DNA of 64,000 nt from Patescibacteria group bacterium (GTDB lineage Bacteria; Patescibacteriota; Patescibacteriia; JBAZBY01): assembly GCA_041671225.1 (NCBI GenBank), contig JBAZBY010000001.1, forward strand, positions 622,940 through 686,939, in the 5' to 3' direction. The position numbers and the translations under genes were made by a program. The notes beneath the pieces are model-generated. The model saw only the letters and a program-made list of their open reading frames with translations. It searched no databases and had not been told where the DNA came from. Shown here piece by piece: positions 30,063 to 38,574 of the stretch; the stretch's first letter is position 1; each line of letters opens with the position of its first letter.

Positions 30063-30358
30063 TAGGAGAAGTTTGGCATGGAAATATCGCCGCTCTGCAT
30101 TTTCTTTACCATGATTTTTTGTACTTCTTTCACGGCACTCTGTACAGCCTCGCGGATACCATCCTCCACATTCTTTTTGTTGTCAGGGGAGAGAAGTTCA
30201 GGGTCAATATTCACGGACTGTATTTCCTGATTACCGTCCATAACAATGGTAATTTTTCCGCCTTTTGCTTCACCAGTGACGGTTTCCTGCGCAAGCATAT
30301 TCTTCATTTCATTTGCCTGACTGCGAAGATCTTTGATCTGTTTGAGTTTATTGAACAT
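30062..30358 (-). CDS. ybaB: nucleoid-associated protein YbaB/EbfC
   Basis: MFNKLKQIKDLRSQANEMKNMLAQETVTGEAKGGKITIVMDGNQEIQSVNIDPELL; start taken at internal Met. Confidence 0.85.
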   Translation of the reverse strand: MFNKLKQIKDLRSQANEMKNMLAQETVTGEAKGGKITIVMDGNQEIQSVNIDPELLSPDNKKNVEDGIREAVQSAVKEVQKIMVKKMQSGDISMPNFS

Positions 30359-30368
30359 AGGTTCGAAT

Positions 30369-31775
30369 TTAAAATGGTGAATCTTGCGCGAAGGCATTGT
30401 CGCCGACATGATGGCGTTCAAGGCTTCTAAATGAGGCAAGTTCTTTATCAAAAAAGAGATTGATCATGCCGGTGGGACCGTTACGGTGTTTTGCGACATG
30501 GATTTCTGCGCGATTGACATCTTCGGGCGGGAGGTCGCGCTCATGCACGGCTGGGCGATAGATGAACATAACAACGTCAGCATCCTGTTCAATGGTTCCG
30601 GATTCTCGCAGGTCAGAAAGTTTTGGAATTGGAGGGTGGCGCATTTCAGTGGCACGTGAGAGTTGTGAGAGCGCGAGAACCGGAACGTTCAGTTCCTTTG
30701 CAAGTCCCTTGAGTCCGCGCGTAATTTCTGCAACTTGTTGCACGCGATTCTCGACACTTGCCGAACCTTCCAATAGTTGGAGGTAGTCAATGACAATCAT
30801 ACCAATGCCATGTTCAGACTGCAGGCGACGCGCCTTTGTGCGCATTTCCATGATGTTACTCATTGCAGAGTCGTCGATGTAAATTGGGGCTTCAGCGAGC
30901 ACGCCCATTGCATGGCCGATCTTTGGAAAGTCATCGTCACCTTCTGCGTCAGAAAGTTTGCCTGTGCGCAGTTTCCAGAGTGGGACGCCTGCTTCGCTAC
31001 AAATAAGGCGATCGACCAATTGCTCTTTTGACATTTCCAAAGAAAAGATGGCCACTGGAACCTTGTGTTCTGTGGCAACATGTCGACACATGTCCAAGGC
31101 AAGACTTGTTTTTCCCACTGAAGGGCGTGCGGCGAGCACGACGAGATCAGATTTTTGCAGACCAGCAAGGAGGTTGTCTATATCGGGGAAGCCTGTTGGT
31201 ATGCCACGGAGTTGGCCGGTATTTTTGTGGAGTTCATCGATGCGGTCGAATGCATCAGAGAGAATATTCCGAATGGGAATAAAGTTTTGTTTGAGGTAGC
31301 GTTGCGATACTTGAAAAAGTGCTTGTTCCGCACGGTCGAGAACACGCTCCACTTCTTCCTCTTCACCATAACCAAAGCCACTGATATCAGCCGCAGCGGT
31401 AATAAGGCGACGCAGCGTTGCCTTGCGTTGCACGATATTCGCGTAGTGCACCACGTGCGATGACGTCGGTACGGTATTTGCAAGCTCAGTGAGATAGCCC
31501 CGACCGCCAATAATATCCAGCATTTTTTTCTCCTGTAGGCGATTGGTCAGCGAGATCACGTCAATTGGTTCTCGCTGCGCATAGACGTCAAGCATCGACT
31601 CATACACCTTGCGATGCGTGTCTTTATAGAAGTCTTCTGGGTGCAGAGAGTCCGCAACGCGAATCATCGCGTCCTTATCAATAAGGAGCGCACCGAGCAC
31701 GCTTTGCTCAGCTTCGAGGTTCTGTGGGGGGATTTTTGTTACCGAATCGGCCATAAGCCACCTTTTTGTGCTCAC
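30369..31775 (-). CDS. dnaB: replicative DNA helicase DnaB
   Basis: N-terminal domain (IPPQNLEAEQSVLGALL) plus RecA-like Walker A (GKTS) and downstream motifs; 468 aa. Confidence 0.92.
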   Translation of the reverse strand: MSTKRWLMADSVTKIPPQNLEAEQSVLGALLIDKDAMIRVADSLHPEDFYKDTHRKVYESMLDVYAQREPIDVISLTNRLQEKKMLDIIGGRGYLTELANTVPTSSHVVHYANIVQRKATLRRLITAAADISGFGYGEEEEVERVLDRAEQALFQVSQRYLKQNFIPIRNILSDAFDRIDELHKNTGQLRGIPTGFPDIDNLLAGLQKSDLVVLAARPSVGKTSLALDMCRHVATEHKVPVAIFSLEMSKEQLVDRLICSEAGVPLWKLRTGKLSDAEGDDDFPKIGHAMGVLAEAPIYIDDSAMSNIMEMRTKARRLQSEHGIGMIVIDYLQLLEGSASVENRVQQVAEITRGLKGLAKELNVPVLALSQLSRATEMRHPPIPKLSDLRESGTIEQDADVVMFIYRPAVHERDLPPEDVNRAEIHVAKHRNGPTGMINLFFDKELASFRSLERHHVGDNAFAQDSPF

Positions 31776-31888
31776 GCATTGTACCCCAGGGGGTGCCTGT
31801 CAGCAAGCCGTGACTCCCCAGGCCATACACAGCTCTCTCCACAGCGTTTATTGCATAAAAATCGGGTATTCCGTACACTACCCGCACT

Positions 31889-32422
31889 ATGATTGATCGT
31901 GCGACACCCTTTGTTATTTTTGACACGGAAACCACGGGTCTTGAGCCAACCGAGGGGCATGACATTATTGAGATAGGGGCAGAAAAACTTGTGAACGGCA
32001 AGGTTGTCGATGTGTTTGATTCACTTCTCACAACAGAGCGGACGCTGGATCCTGATGTTGTCGCTATCCATGGGATCACGAATGCGCTCATTGAGAAAGA
32101 GGCGCGGCTCTCCGCGGAGGTTATTTCTGACTTTCTTGGTTTTATTGAAGGTACGGTACTCGTGGCACATAATGCAGGTTTTGATATTGCTTTTCTGAAT
32201 GAACATCTGCGCCGGCAGGGTGTGCCACCAATTGAGAATAGAGTATTGGATACCTTAGCAATTGCTCGTCGCGAACTCGTACTTCCAAGTTATTCATTGC
32301 AGAGCGTGGCAATTTATCTGAAGGTGCCACAACCAAAAGCGCACCGCGCACTCGCAGACGTTCAGACCACGCGCAAGGTTTTTTTGAAGCTTATTGAGCG
32401 CGCAAAACAGCGCCGCAGCTAG
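31889..32422 (+). CDS. DnaQ-like (DEDDh) 3'-5' exonuclease
   Basis: FVIFDTETTGL, HNAGFDIAFL, HRALADV exonuclease motifs. Confidence 0.8.
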   Translation: MIDRATPFVIFDTETTGLEPTEGHDIIEIGAEKLVNGKVVDVFDSLLTTERTLDPDVVAIHGITNALIEKEARLSAEVISDFLGFIEGTVLVAHNAGFDIAFLNEHLRRQGVPPIENRVLDTLAIARRELVLPSYSLQSVAIYLKVPQPKAHRALADVQTTRKVFLKLIERAKQRRS

Positions 32423-32486
32423 GGCTTGTCAGAATACAATTTTTGCTTTATACTCCTTCAGTTCTTTGCATAATAGTAACCGCCCC

Positions 32487-32531
32487 GCGGGCGCCTATAG
32501 CTCCGTGGCACGCGCACCTGGTTTTAACCAG
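32487..32531 (+). pseudogene. degenerate 5'-part copy of tRNA-Lys (acceptor/D/anticodon arm, anticodon loop 1 nt short)
   Basis: gcgggcgcctatagctccgtggcacgcgcacctggttttaaccagg vs intact gene at 32783. Confidence 0.55.
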
Positions 32532-32573
32532 GTGTATGCGTAAGTACATATCATTTTGAAATAATAATCACTT

Positions 32574-32650
32574 CGCGGGCGCCTATAGCTCAGTGGCACG
32601 CGCACCTGGTTTTAACCAGGGTGGAGTGGGGTCGAGGCTGCCGAGGAGCA
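32574..32650 (+). pseudogene. second degenerate tRNA-Lys copy, with decayed T arm
   Basis: ttcgcgggcgcctatagctcagtggcacgcgcacctggttttaaccaggg...gtggggtcgagg. Confidence 0.5.
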
Positions 32651-32712
32651 ACTGAACTGCTTCAGTTGCGTGCAGCCGAGACGGGCGACGCGTTGTCGCC
32701 AAAGGCGACCGC

Positions 32713-32756
32713 GTCGCACCCTATGAGTTCGTCGCACCCTATGAGTTCGTCGCACC
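32713..32756 (+). repeat. 18-nt tandem direct repeat gtcgcaccctatgagttc x2.4
   Basis: directly visible; sits between the degenerate and intact tRNA-Lys copies next to perfect hairpins (gcaactgaa/ttcagttgc). Confidence 0.75.
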
Positions 32757-32782
32757 ATACCTTAACATGCTGCCCCCATGGG

Positions 32783-32858
32783 GCGCCCATAGCTCAGTTG
32801 GTAGAGCACCTGGCTTTTAACCAGGGTGTCGGGGGTTCGAATCCCTCTGGGCGCACCA
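32783..32858 (+). tRNA. tRNA-Lys (anticodon TTT), CCA encoded
   Basis: gcgccca-ta-gctc...gagc-a-cctgg-cTTTtaa-ccagg-gtgtc-ggggg-ttcgaat-ccctc-tgggcgc-a-cca; flanked by 13-bp inverted repeat gctgcccccatgg / ccatgggggcagc. Confidence 0.88.
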
Positions 32859-32888
32859 TGGGGGCAGCACCAGCGCATACTTCGTGCG

Positions 32889-32907
32889 TCCCTCTGGGCG
32901 CACCACG
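32889..32907 (+). repeat. duplicated tRNA-Lys 3'-end fragment (att-like)
   Basis: tccctctgggcgcaccacg identical to the 3' end of the intact tRNA-Lys. Confidence 0.6.
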
Positions 32908-32928
32908 AAGTGATTATGAGAATGTAAG

Positions 32929-32947
32929 AATCCCTCTGGGCGCACCA
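32929..32947 (+). repeat. second duplicated tRNA-Lys 3'-end fragment (att-like)
   Basis: aatccctctgggcgcacca identical to the 3' end of the intact tRNA-Lys. Confidence 0.6.
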
Positions 32948-33173
32948 CGGGGCGGTTCATGGTAGAGAGCATTCACCCTTTTGGCTTCAAAGGAGAATTT
33001 GTGTTTGGAAATAAAAGAAGTGGGCGTTCATGATCTCTTGACAATATTCTTCCGCAGTGCATACTTTGGGCACTGTTCATTCACTGAAGGCATCCTTGCG
33101 TCGCTTCTTCGCTTGAGGTGGTGTTTGGTGTCTTCGTAAAGGCGCTCTACGCGCAAAGCGAGGTGAAAGAAAC

Positions 33174-33497
33174 GTGAAATTTTCCGTGAAGGGAATGATC
33201 ACGCAGGAGATGCTCTGCTTGTTGGGGCAACACGTGCTCCAGGTCATTGCATCGTCGTTTTTCCGGGATACTCTGCCCCGGCAGCGGCTGATGAGCTGGA
33301 CGCAATCCTGCACGTTCACGAACGATTCTGCAGCGCCGGAAATCTCCATTTACCTGCCGACCAGCAGAAAGCAGCTTCACCGTGAGGCCTATGCGCGAAT
33401 GCGCATCGTCGGGCTGATCGAAGCCCTGACGCACATGAAACCGAACGTGCGTTTCACGTACCTCAATAAGGAGGAGCTTGCTGCGCTGGTTGTGTAG
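33174..33497 (+). CDS. hypothetical protein (coding strand ambiguous; overlapping minus-strand ORFs exist)
   Basis: ORF ends 16 nt before the ATPase ATG, which has a gaaggagg RBS; no recognisable domain. Confidence 0.25.
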   Translation: MKFSVKGMITQEMLCLLGQHVLQVIASSFFRDTLPRQRLMSWTQSCTFTNDSAAPEISIYLPTSRKQLHREAYARMRIVGLIEALTHMKPNVRFTYLNKEELAALVV

Positions 33498-33512
33498 GGA
33501 AGGAGGGCCCCG

Positions 33513-36371
33513 ATGTCTGCCTCACAGACCGCCCATTCGAACCGACCCGGATATCCTCTATCCGTTCAGGTCGGTTCTTTAATATGTGTTACACTATATT
33601 GTATGGTGAAAATAAAATGGTACGCGATTTCAACAGCCGATGCACTAGGAAGATTAGAATCTTCTCCTGAGGGTCTTACTACAGACGTGATCGCAGAGCG
33701 GCGCAAACGTTACGGAGAGAATCGGCTTCCTGATGCCAAGGCCCTTTCGCCTGTTGTTGTCTTTCTTCGGCAGTTTAAGAGCCCGCTCATTGCTATTCTG
33801 ATCATTGCCGCAGGACTTTCTTTGTTCCTGCGGGAGTTTATTGATGCCGTCATTATTATTGCCATACTCTTTTTTAATGCGATCATTGGATTTATTCAGG
33901 AGAGGCGCGCTGATTCAGCCCTTAAAGCACTGCAGCAAATGGCGCAATCAAGTGTTGTTGTGGTTCGTGATGGTACGGTGCAGACCATAGAGCAGATAGA
34001 ACTTGTGCCAGGTGATATTTTGGTTGTTGAGACAGGAGATATTCTTGCTGCCGACGCTCGTATTCTTGAGTACACGAATCTCAAGGTGAATGAATCAATC
34101 CTGACTGGCGAAGCAGTACCGGTACACAAAAGCAATAAAAAACTTGCAGAAAAAACAGCAATACCTGACCGTGCCAATATGCTTTTTCGGGGGACAACAG
34201 TGGTCTATGGGCGTGCGCGCGCGCTCGTAACCGCCACTGCTCTTGAAACGCAATACGGCAGCATTGTTGCCGAAGTGCAAAAGAGTGAAAACACAAGTAC
34301 CCCGATCCAGCAACGTTTCAGTACATTATCTCGCAGTATTGGCGTTGCAGTGATTGGCGTTGCACTGCTTGTCGTTGCACTTGGCATCGCGCGTGATATT
34401 CCGATTGTGGAGATGATTCTCGTTGGGCTCTCTTTAGCTGTTTCCGCCATACCAGAGGGTTTGCCGATCGTGGTGACCATTACGCTGGCCATTGGTATGT
34501 GGCGTATGGCAAAACGCAAGGCTATCGTGCGTAAACTTCCTGCGGTTGAGACGCTTGGGTCGGTGAATCTTATTGCATCTGACAAAACAGGCACGCTAAC
34601 CTTTGGTGAGATGATGGTCCAGCGTGCATTTGTTGATGAGAAGGAATTTACCGCAAGCGGCAAGGGATATCAGCGCGATGGACTCTTTTTGCTTCATAAT
34701 CACCCAGTTGATCATGTAAAAGAAAAAGGGTTGTCGCGTGCGCTGCTTCTTGGTGCACTTTGCAATAATGCATCTCTGCGTTACCCAGAAAAAAATGCAG
34801 AAAATCCGCATCCAGAAACCGTGGGGGATCCCACAGAAATTGCATTGCTTGTCGGTGCCGTGAAGGGCGGTATTGAGCCTAATAATTTGAAGGAGCGGCA
34901 TTCCCGCATCGGGGAGATTCCTTTTGACTCTGATAAGAAATATATGATGACCATCCATAAGGATGGCAAAAAGGAACTGGTCGCAATCAAGGGCGCACCT
35001 GAGAAGATCCTCGCCATGAGTTCAAAGATTTTTGTGGGCGGAAAGGTTCATAAACTTACCGCTGCGCTGCGTGATATTATAGAGCGTGAATACGCGCAAA
35101 TGGCGCATAACAGCCTGCGGGGTATTGCGGTTGCTGAGTTGAGTTCGCACAACGGCATGAAGGATGCTGCGCGTGTTTCGAAGGAAAAGAATCTAACGTT
35201 TGTTGGGCTTTTTGGTATTAGTGACGCAATACGCGAAGAAGCGGCAACAACTATTTCTGTTGCAGCGCGTGCGGGCATCCGAACCATTATGATTACCGGT
35301 GATCATAAAGATACTGCGATTGCTATTGCATATGAGCTTGAGATCTTGCCCAAGGATGGTTCGAAGGAAGATATTGATGCTGCGGTTATTGATGGTTTGA
35401 CGCTTGATGAGCTTTCTGATGATGAGTTACTTAAACGCTTACCAAAGCTGCGCGTTGCTGCGCGCGTTTCTCCTGAACATAAACTGCGCATCGTTCGTCT
35501 TGCAAAGCAGCAGGGGAACGTTGTTGCGGTGACTGGTGATGGCGTGAATGATGCTCCGGCTCTGGTAGAAGGGGATATCGGCATAGCCGTTGATCAACAG
35601 AGCACCGATGCCGCAAAAGGCGCATCCGACATTCTTCTTACCGATGGGAATTTTGCGACAATTATTGGCGCAGTTGAAGAAGGGCGTACGATTTTTGCGA
35701 ACATTCGCCGCGTGACATTGTATTTGCTTTCTACCAATATCGTTGAGGCATTACTTATCCTTATCACGCTTGCTTTCAATTTTCCTTTGCCTCTTCTGCC
35801 AATTCAGATTCTTTGGTTGAATGTGGTGACCGATACCTTTCTTGATATCTCTATCGGCACAGAACCAAAACATGCGACGGTCATGGAGGATGGGCCAAAT
35901 AGGCGCGAAGAACACATTATTAATGCACATACTCTTGGCCGCTTACTCTTTCTTGCAACGATCATGCTCGGCATCGTGTTCTTTGTGTATCGTTTTACTT
36001 TGGCAAATACACTAGACCTTCGTTATGTTTATGCAATGACGCTCACCGCGCTTGCCGTTTCTCAGTGGTTCAATTCCTTTAATGTACGGAGCGGGCGTGA
36101 ATCGCTCTTTCGCGTTGGCCTGTTGCGCAACAAATTTCATCTTGGCGCACTCGGCGTGGTTCTCTCATTGCAGCTTATTGCACTCTATGTGCCGCCAGTA
36201 ACAAAAGCACTTCACTTGGTTCCCCTGGCGCTCCGTGATTGGCTGTTTATTATTGCACTCGGCAGTCTTGTTTTTGTCGCCGAAGAGGTTCGAAAATTTG
36301 CGTTCCGGCACTGGCGCAGCGCACCGCGCAATGTACATGGGCCGGCAGAACCTGCGGAAAACGCGCGTTGA
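33513..36371 (+). CDS. P-type cation-transporting ATPase (type II, Ca2+-ATPase-like)
   Basis: DKTGTLT phosphorylation site, PEGLP in TM4, MITGDH, TGDGVNDAPAL; 952 aa. Confidence 0.88.
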   Translation: MSASQTAHSNRPGYPLSVQVGSLICVTLYCMVKIKWYAISTADALGRLESSPEGLTTDVIAERRKRYGENRLPDAKALSPVVVFLRQFKSPLIAILIIAAGLSLFLREFIDAVIIIAILFFNAIIGFIQERRADSALKALQQMAQSSVVVVRDGTVQTIEQIELVPGDILVVETGDILAADARILEYTNLKVNESILTGEAVPVHKSNKKLAEKTAIPDRANMLFRGTTVVYGRARALVTATALETQYGSIVAEVQKSENTSTPIQQRFSTLSRSIGVAVIGVALLVVALGIARDIPIVEMILVGLSLAVSAIPEGLPIVVTITLAIGMWRMAKRKAIVRKLPAVETLGSVNLIASDKTGTLTFGEMMVQRAFVDEKEFTASGKGYQRDGLFLLHNHPVDHVKEKGLSRALLLGALCNNASLRYPEKNAENPHPETVGDPTEIALLVGAVKGGIEPNNLKERHSRIGEIPFDSDKKYMMTIHKDGKKELVAIKGAPEKILAMSSKIFVGGKVHKLTAALRDIIEREYAQMAHNSLRGIAVAELSSHNGMKDAARVSKEKNLTFVGLFGISDAIREEAATTISVAARAGIRTIMITGDHKDTAIAIAYELEILPKDGSKEDIDAAVIDGLTLDELSDDELLKRLPKLRVAARVSPEHKLRIVRLAKQQGNVVAVTGDGVNDAPALVEGDIGIAVDQQSTDAAKGASDILLTDGNFATIIGAVEEGRTIFANIRRVTLYLLSTNIVEALLILITLAFNFPLPLLPIQILWLNVVTDTFLDISIGTEPKHATVMEDGPNRREEHIINAHTLGRLLFLATIMLGIVFFVYRFTLANTLDLRYVYAMTLTALAVSQWFNSFNVRSGRESLFRVGLLRNKFHLGALGVVLSLQLIALYVPPVTKALHLVPLALRDWLFIIALGSLVFVAEEVRKFAFRHWRSAPRNVHGPAEPAENAR

Positions 36372-36386
36372 TGAATCATCTAAAAT

Positions 36387-36818
36387 ATGTTATGGTTGCT
36401 TGTGATGAACAAGCGATTTCTTGGTGCTGCAACGATTTTTTTACTCGTTGTTGCTGGCGTTGGGGTGGCTTTCCTCGGCTTTCTGAAATCAGATGAGCGC
36501 GAGGGAATTGTGGAGGGAACAAAACAGTCCCAACTGGTGCAGGTGCGCACATTGACCATCCGCACAGTAAACGGTGAAACACTTGAGTTTGCGCCAAATG
36601 TATTGGTGTATATTGATGAACAGATAGGTGAACAAACACAGGGAAGAGAATCAATACATCAAGCCCTTCGTTCCAATGAAAGCGGCATCGCAGTGTTTCA
36701 GTTACCGCAAGGCGATTATACCCTTCGTTCTGGTAGCGCAGAGTGGTATGGCGTTCTGAATGTTCGACTGGAACAAAATGCAGAACTTTATCTTAATCTT
36801 CATTCACTTACCGAATGA
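36387..36818 (+). CDS. hypothetical membrane-anchored/secreted protein
   Basis: N-terminal hydrophobic segment; no recognisable domain. Confidence 0.4.
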   Translation: MLWLLVMNKRFLGAATIFLLVVAGVGVAFLGFLKSDEREGIVEGTKQSQLVQVRTLTIRTVNGETLEFAPNVLVYIDEQIGEQTQGRESIHQALRSNESGIAVFQLPQGDYTLRSGSAEWYGVLNVRLEQNAELYLNLHSLTE

Positions 36819-38227
36819 TTGACTTTTCTCAGCGTATTCTTAGTTCCACAATAAAGGATGCGGTTGGCGCACCAGCCATGATGGCTGGTTGGGTTCAGAG
36901 CGTCCGCAAGATGGGGAAAATTCTCTTTATTGATTTGCGGGATAAGGACGGCATCACGCAGTTAGTCGTTAACCCAGAAAGTGCCGCACAAGCAACTGCT
37001 CGGCGTATTCGACCGGAGTGGGTGATTGGCGTACGCGGCAGCGTCAAGGATCGTGGCGAAGCGCATGTGAATGAAAAAATTGCCAGCGGTACCGTTGAGA
37101 TGGCTGTTGATGAGATTGAAGTTTTAAATGAGGCGCTCACTCCACCTTTTGAAATTGATGACCGCAAGGATGTCAGTGAAGAGATTCGACTGCAGTACCG
37201 ATATCTTGATTTGCGACATGAACGCATGCAGAAGAATATCCGCATGCGGCATGACATAGTGCGCTATATGCGTACCTTCCTTTCGGATCGTGATTTTACA
37301 GAAATCGAAACCCCAACACTGACAAAGGGCACGCCAGAAGGAGCACGTGAATATGTGGTTCCATCGCGACTCTATCCTGGGAATTTTTATGTGTTGCCGC
37401 AATCGCCGCAACAATTCAAGCAGTTATTGATGGTTGCCGGCTTTGAGCGTTATTTTCAATTCGCCCGTTGCTTCCGCGATGAAGACCAGCGTGGCGATCG
37501 ACAACCGGAGTTCACGCAACTCGATTTGGAGATGAGCTTCATACAGCAGGATGACATTCTTGCACTCATGGAAGAATTATTTACAAGCCTCGTGGAAACA
37601 TTGTACCCGCATAAACATATCACCAAAAAACCGTGGCCGCGTATTACCTATGCGGAGGCAATGAAGCAGTACCATACCGATAAACCAGACTTGCGTATTC
37701 ATCCTGACGATCCGGATGAACTGGCCTTTGCGTTTGTTACCGATTTTCCTTTGTTTGAAAAAACTGCGGATGGCAAGCTTGCGAGTGCACATCACCCTTT
37801 TACGATGCCCGCCGCGGAGGATTTGGAGACGTTTGAAGAACATCCGCTCACCGCAAACTCACAAGCGTATGATATGGTTTTGAACGGCAATGAGATTGGT
37901 TCTGGTAGTATTCGTATCCATAATCGAGATTTGCAAAACCGTATTTTTAAGACGCTCGGCCTCCCCGATGATGAAATCGAACAGCGCTTTGGTCATATGC
38001 TCCGTGCATTCGAATATGGCGCGCCTCCACATGGCGGCATGGCGCCCGGCATCGATCGTATTGTGATGTTACTGCAGAATGAACCGAATATTCGTGAAGT
38101 CATGGCCTTTCCAAAGACGGGGGATGCGCGTGATTTGATGATGGGTGCACCCTCGGAGATTCCCGAAGAACAGATCGCGAGCGTGCATATACAGACAGTG
38201 ATTGATGATAAAGAGAAGAAAACATGA
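36815..38227 (+). CDS. aspS: aspartyl-tRNA synthetase, short form without the bacterial GAD insertion domain
   Basis: FYVLPQSPQQFKQLLMVAGFERYFQFARCFRDEDQRGDRQPEFTQLDLEMSF and GSGSIRIH...GAPPHGGMAPGIDRIVMLL class II motifs. Confidence 0.85.
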   Translation: MIDFSQRILSSTIKDAVGAPAMMAGWVQSVRKMGKILFIDLRDKDGITQLVVNPESAAQATARRIRPEWVIGVRGSVKDRGEAHVNEKIASGTVEMAVDEIEVLNEALTPPFEIDDRKDVSEEIRLQYRYLDLRHERMQKNIRMRHDIVRYMRTFLSDRDFTEIETPTLTKGTPEGAREYVVPSRLYPGNFYVLPQSPQQFKQLLMVAGFERYFQFARCFRDEDQRGDRQPEFTQLDLEMSFIQQDDILALMEELFTSLVETLYPHKHITKKPWPRITYAEAMKQYHTDKPDLRIHPDDPDELAFAFVTDFPLFEKTADGKLASAHHPFTMPAAEDLETFEEHPLTANSQAYDMVLNGNEIGSGSIRIHNRDLQNRIFKTLGLPDDEIEQRFGHMLRAFEYGAPPHGGMAPGIDRIVMLLQNEPNIREVMAFPKTGDARDLMMGAPSEIPEEQIASVHIQTVIDDKEKKT

Positions 38228-38230
38228 CCT

Positions 38231-38563
38231 ATGCGGCTTTCTGGGTTACAAAAAGATATTTTGAAACGCGCGGTATTATTTCGTGAACCACAGATAACCC
38301 GGGCACAGTTTGCAGCATATTATGAAAAGCCCGTTAAGGCGCTGAGTAAGGATCAACAGAATGCGCTTACCACGAGTCTTGAGCGATTGATCGATAAAGG
38401 GCTTCTTGTGGGATTCGGAAGGCGGACTCAAGAAAAATGGTTCATTGAATCGGTTCGGCTCACACCGCAAGGTCGTCGGATCGCTCGCCCACTTTTTGGC
38501 ACACAGGGCGCCTTATCACTTACGCGCCGCAGTAAGCCCGGCTCTGCCGGAAAGAAACACTAA
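38231..38563 (+). CDS. small winged-helix-like hypothetical protein with GSAGKK tail
   Basis: 110 aa; C-terminal ...RRSKPGSAGKKH encoded by repeat copy 2. Confidence 0.4.
   Translation: MRLSGLQKDILKRAVLFREPQITRAQFAAYYEKPVKALSKDQQNALTTSLERLIDKGLLVGFGRRTQEKWFIESVRLTPQGRRIARPLFGTQGALSLTRRSKPGSAGKKH
38538..38556 (+). repeat. palindromic hairpin element CCGGCtctGCCGGaaagaa (copy 2 of 3), in frame (PGSAGKK)
   Basis: 13-bp core identical to 17032 and 39176. Confidence 0.6.
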
Positions 38564-38574
38564 ACGACACACCT

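Noticed and set aside
32481-32955. Repeated short units around tRNA-Lys considered as a CRISPR array
   Set aside because: The repeats are copies of tRNA segments of unequal length with no regular repeat-spacer periodicity, and no cas genes are nearby.
33077-33434. Two overlapping minus-strand ORFs (33077..33349, 33147..33434) versus the plus-strand ORF 33174..33497
   Set aside because: The coding strand cannot be resolved from sequence alone. Only the plus-strand ORF is reported, at low confidence, because it abuts the ATPase RBS.
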